NCBI RefSeq assembly: GCF_030028105.1
Contig: NC_092390.1
Coordinates: forward strand, 56,588,777 to 56,652,776
Source of the DNA: Mobula birostris
Lineage: Eukaryota
Length of the DNA stretch: 64,000 nt
Reading direction: 5' to 3'
Made by a program: the position numbers and the translations under genes. Position 1 is the first letter of the stretch. Each line of letters opens with the position of its first letter. Under the pieces are notes generated by a model. The model made no database searches. It was not told where the DNA came from and worked only from the letters and a program-made list of their open reading frames with translations. Shown here in pieces: positions 62,401 to 64,000 of this stretch.

Positions 62401-64000
62401 TTTGTTGAGTTTGATATTTTCCAGCTGATTTTTATAAAGCTCTTTGTTCCTAACTTGAGTTCGTGAGCCTTGAACCAATTTTCCCCTTTATTCCTTCTGC
62501 AACTTGCCAACTTAGAAAGGTGATTTTCATATTTTGGTTCACATTCTTTGACCCTTTGGCAGATTTCTGGTCTGCTTCATAATGAGAGTTTTCATGTTTT
62601 CTCACTTTATAGTTCAGATTGTTGTCATCTGCGCCATTTTGCTTTTAATGTTATTTTCAATAAAATCAGCATGTTGCCCTGAAGGCATACTTCTCTATTT
62701 CGTACAAAGTGAAGGAATGCCATACCAATAAGAGCACTAGCCGTGGGCAGGTCGTGCTCCATTGCCCTCCATTTTGGTGTTAGAGATTATTATTTGGTTT
62801 CAAGATTTAAAAGATTCAAAGTACATTTATTATTAAAGTATGTATGCAGCATACAACTCTGAGATTCATCTTCCCCATAGACAGCACCAAGACAAAGAAA
62901 ACTATGGAACGCCTTCAAAGAAAATAACCTCCCCCCCACCACACCACATGCAGAAAAGTGCAAATTGCAACAAAAAAGAGTGAAAACACAGGATATAAAA
63001 CACAAAATCAAAAGAGTCCAGGCATATTCAGTTCAGCTCAGCAAACAAACTTTTTACTCCAGGTGATTGAATTCCCCTTTACATCATCGTTTTGAGGTCT
63101 GGAATCTGTCCTCATTTGAATGAGAGCCACTTAACTTTTGCAGACACCAGATAATTTTTGTGTGCAGTGACAAATTAATGTAGAGCCACACTGAGGTGGG
63201 TGAAGTCACCTGAAGTGCAAAAGCTGGCAGCCACTGATAACTGATTCGGAGAAGGAAAACCCTTTTGAAACTTTGACCACCAGATCGTTGAATGGTCAAA
63301 CCCACAATTTGGTTATTCTTTAAAATAAATATAATCACAGTGCAAATACTTTATTTTGTGTCCAAATGCCTTCAATAATAGTGTGTTTCTTACCAGATTA
63401 AACATAGACTAAAAGTAGTAATTTTCCTAATGACATTTGGATTCTTCAGTCAGGCATACTCTAGATTTGTCTGGATGTTGCAATGTACCTACTCTTTTTT
63501 CATTATGTGGTCTATGTATGCATCCAGTATTTTACTGGCCAGATTTTGGCAAGACAAGATTGTTATACATATAGCTTATGTGAATAAAATTAAATGGCTG
63601 TGGCCACTTAATATTTAGTAGTAAATATGGGAATAAAATTTATTTATGGGCTTCAAGGAGTTGGATTATATTATTCGTGAGTGTGAACCTTTAAACTAGT
63701 GTTCAGGACCTTATACGGACCGGCAAATCTCAGTGCCCAGCAGAACAAATTTGATAACAAGAAACTGTGTGTGCCATTGAGACTGTTGTTTTCGCTTAAT
63801 GGACAAATTGGGAATACTGTAATTGTTCTATTTGGAAAAAGTGGTACATGGTTAACTGAATGGCTTTCATAAAAAGTTATAATCTTAAATGGATTGGGTT
63901 GATGCATTTGAAGAAAGATTTATTGCCCTGGTATATGGTAGGGGTTTCCAGCCTGGGGTCCACAGACCCCTCAGTTAATGGTAAGGATCCATTGCGTAAA

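Noticed and set aside
53802-64000. SFXN4, which follows PRDX3 in human
   Set aside because: No recognisable exon or CpG island found by eye; a DPNL-like stretch near 58083 lacks an ATG and splice support.
1-64000. CRISPR arrays, operons or other prokaryotic systems
   Set aside because: Eukaryotic intron-containing DNA; no repeat-spacer arrays seen.

Overview
Vertebrate nuclear DNA, AT-rich and dense in repeats. The repeat set (CR1, Penelope, Rex/Babar, V-SINE) suggests a cartilaginous fish, probably a ray; this is inference. Three spliced genes can be read directly: (1) coding exon 1 of a GRK4/5/6-family kinase, GRK5 by synteny (minus strand, 2880-2931, gene runs off the left edge); (2) a complete 4-exon LSM1 (minus, 27219-41632, 133 aa); (3) a complete 7-exon mitochondrial peroxiredoxin PRDX3 (plus, 41877-53801, 244 aa). 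LSM1 and PRDX3 are head-to-head with 244 bp between start codons. LSM1 sits between GRK5 and PRDX3, unlike the human arrangement. The rest is mostly mobile DNA: CR1, Rex/Babar, RTE and Nimb/I LINE fragments, Penelope elements, several SINE families, two solo-LTR candidates, a Tc1 IR/DR transposon and MITEs. The most interesting signals are self-cleaving RNA motifs in short retroelements: an HDV-like ribozyme fold with an extra L3 hairpin at 9515-9699, and minimal hammerhead motifs at Penelope termini. Exon coordinates were read by eye from splice sites; repeat boundaries are approximate.
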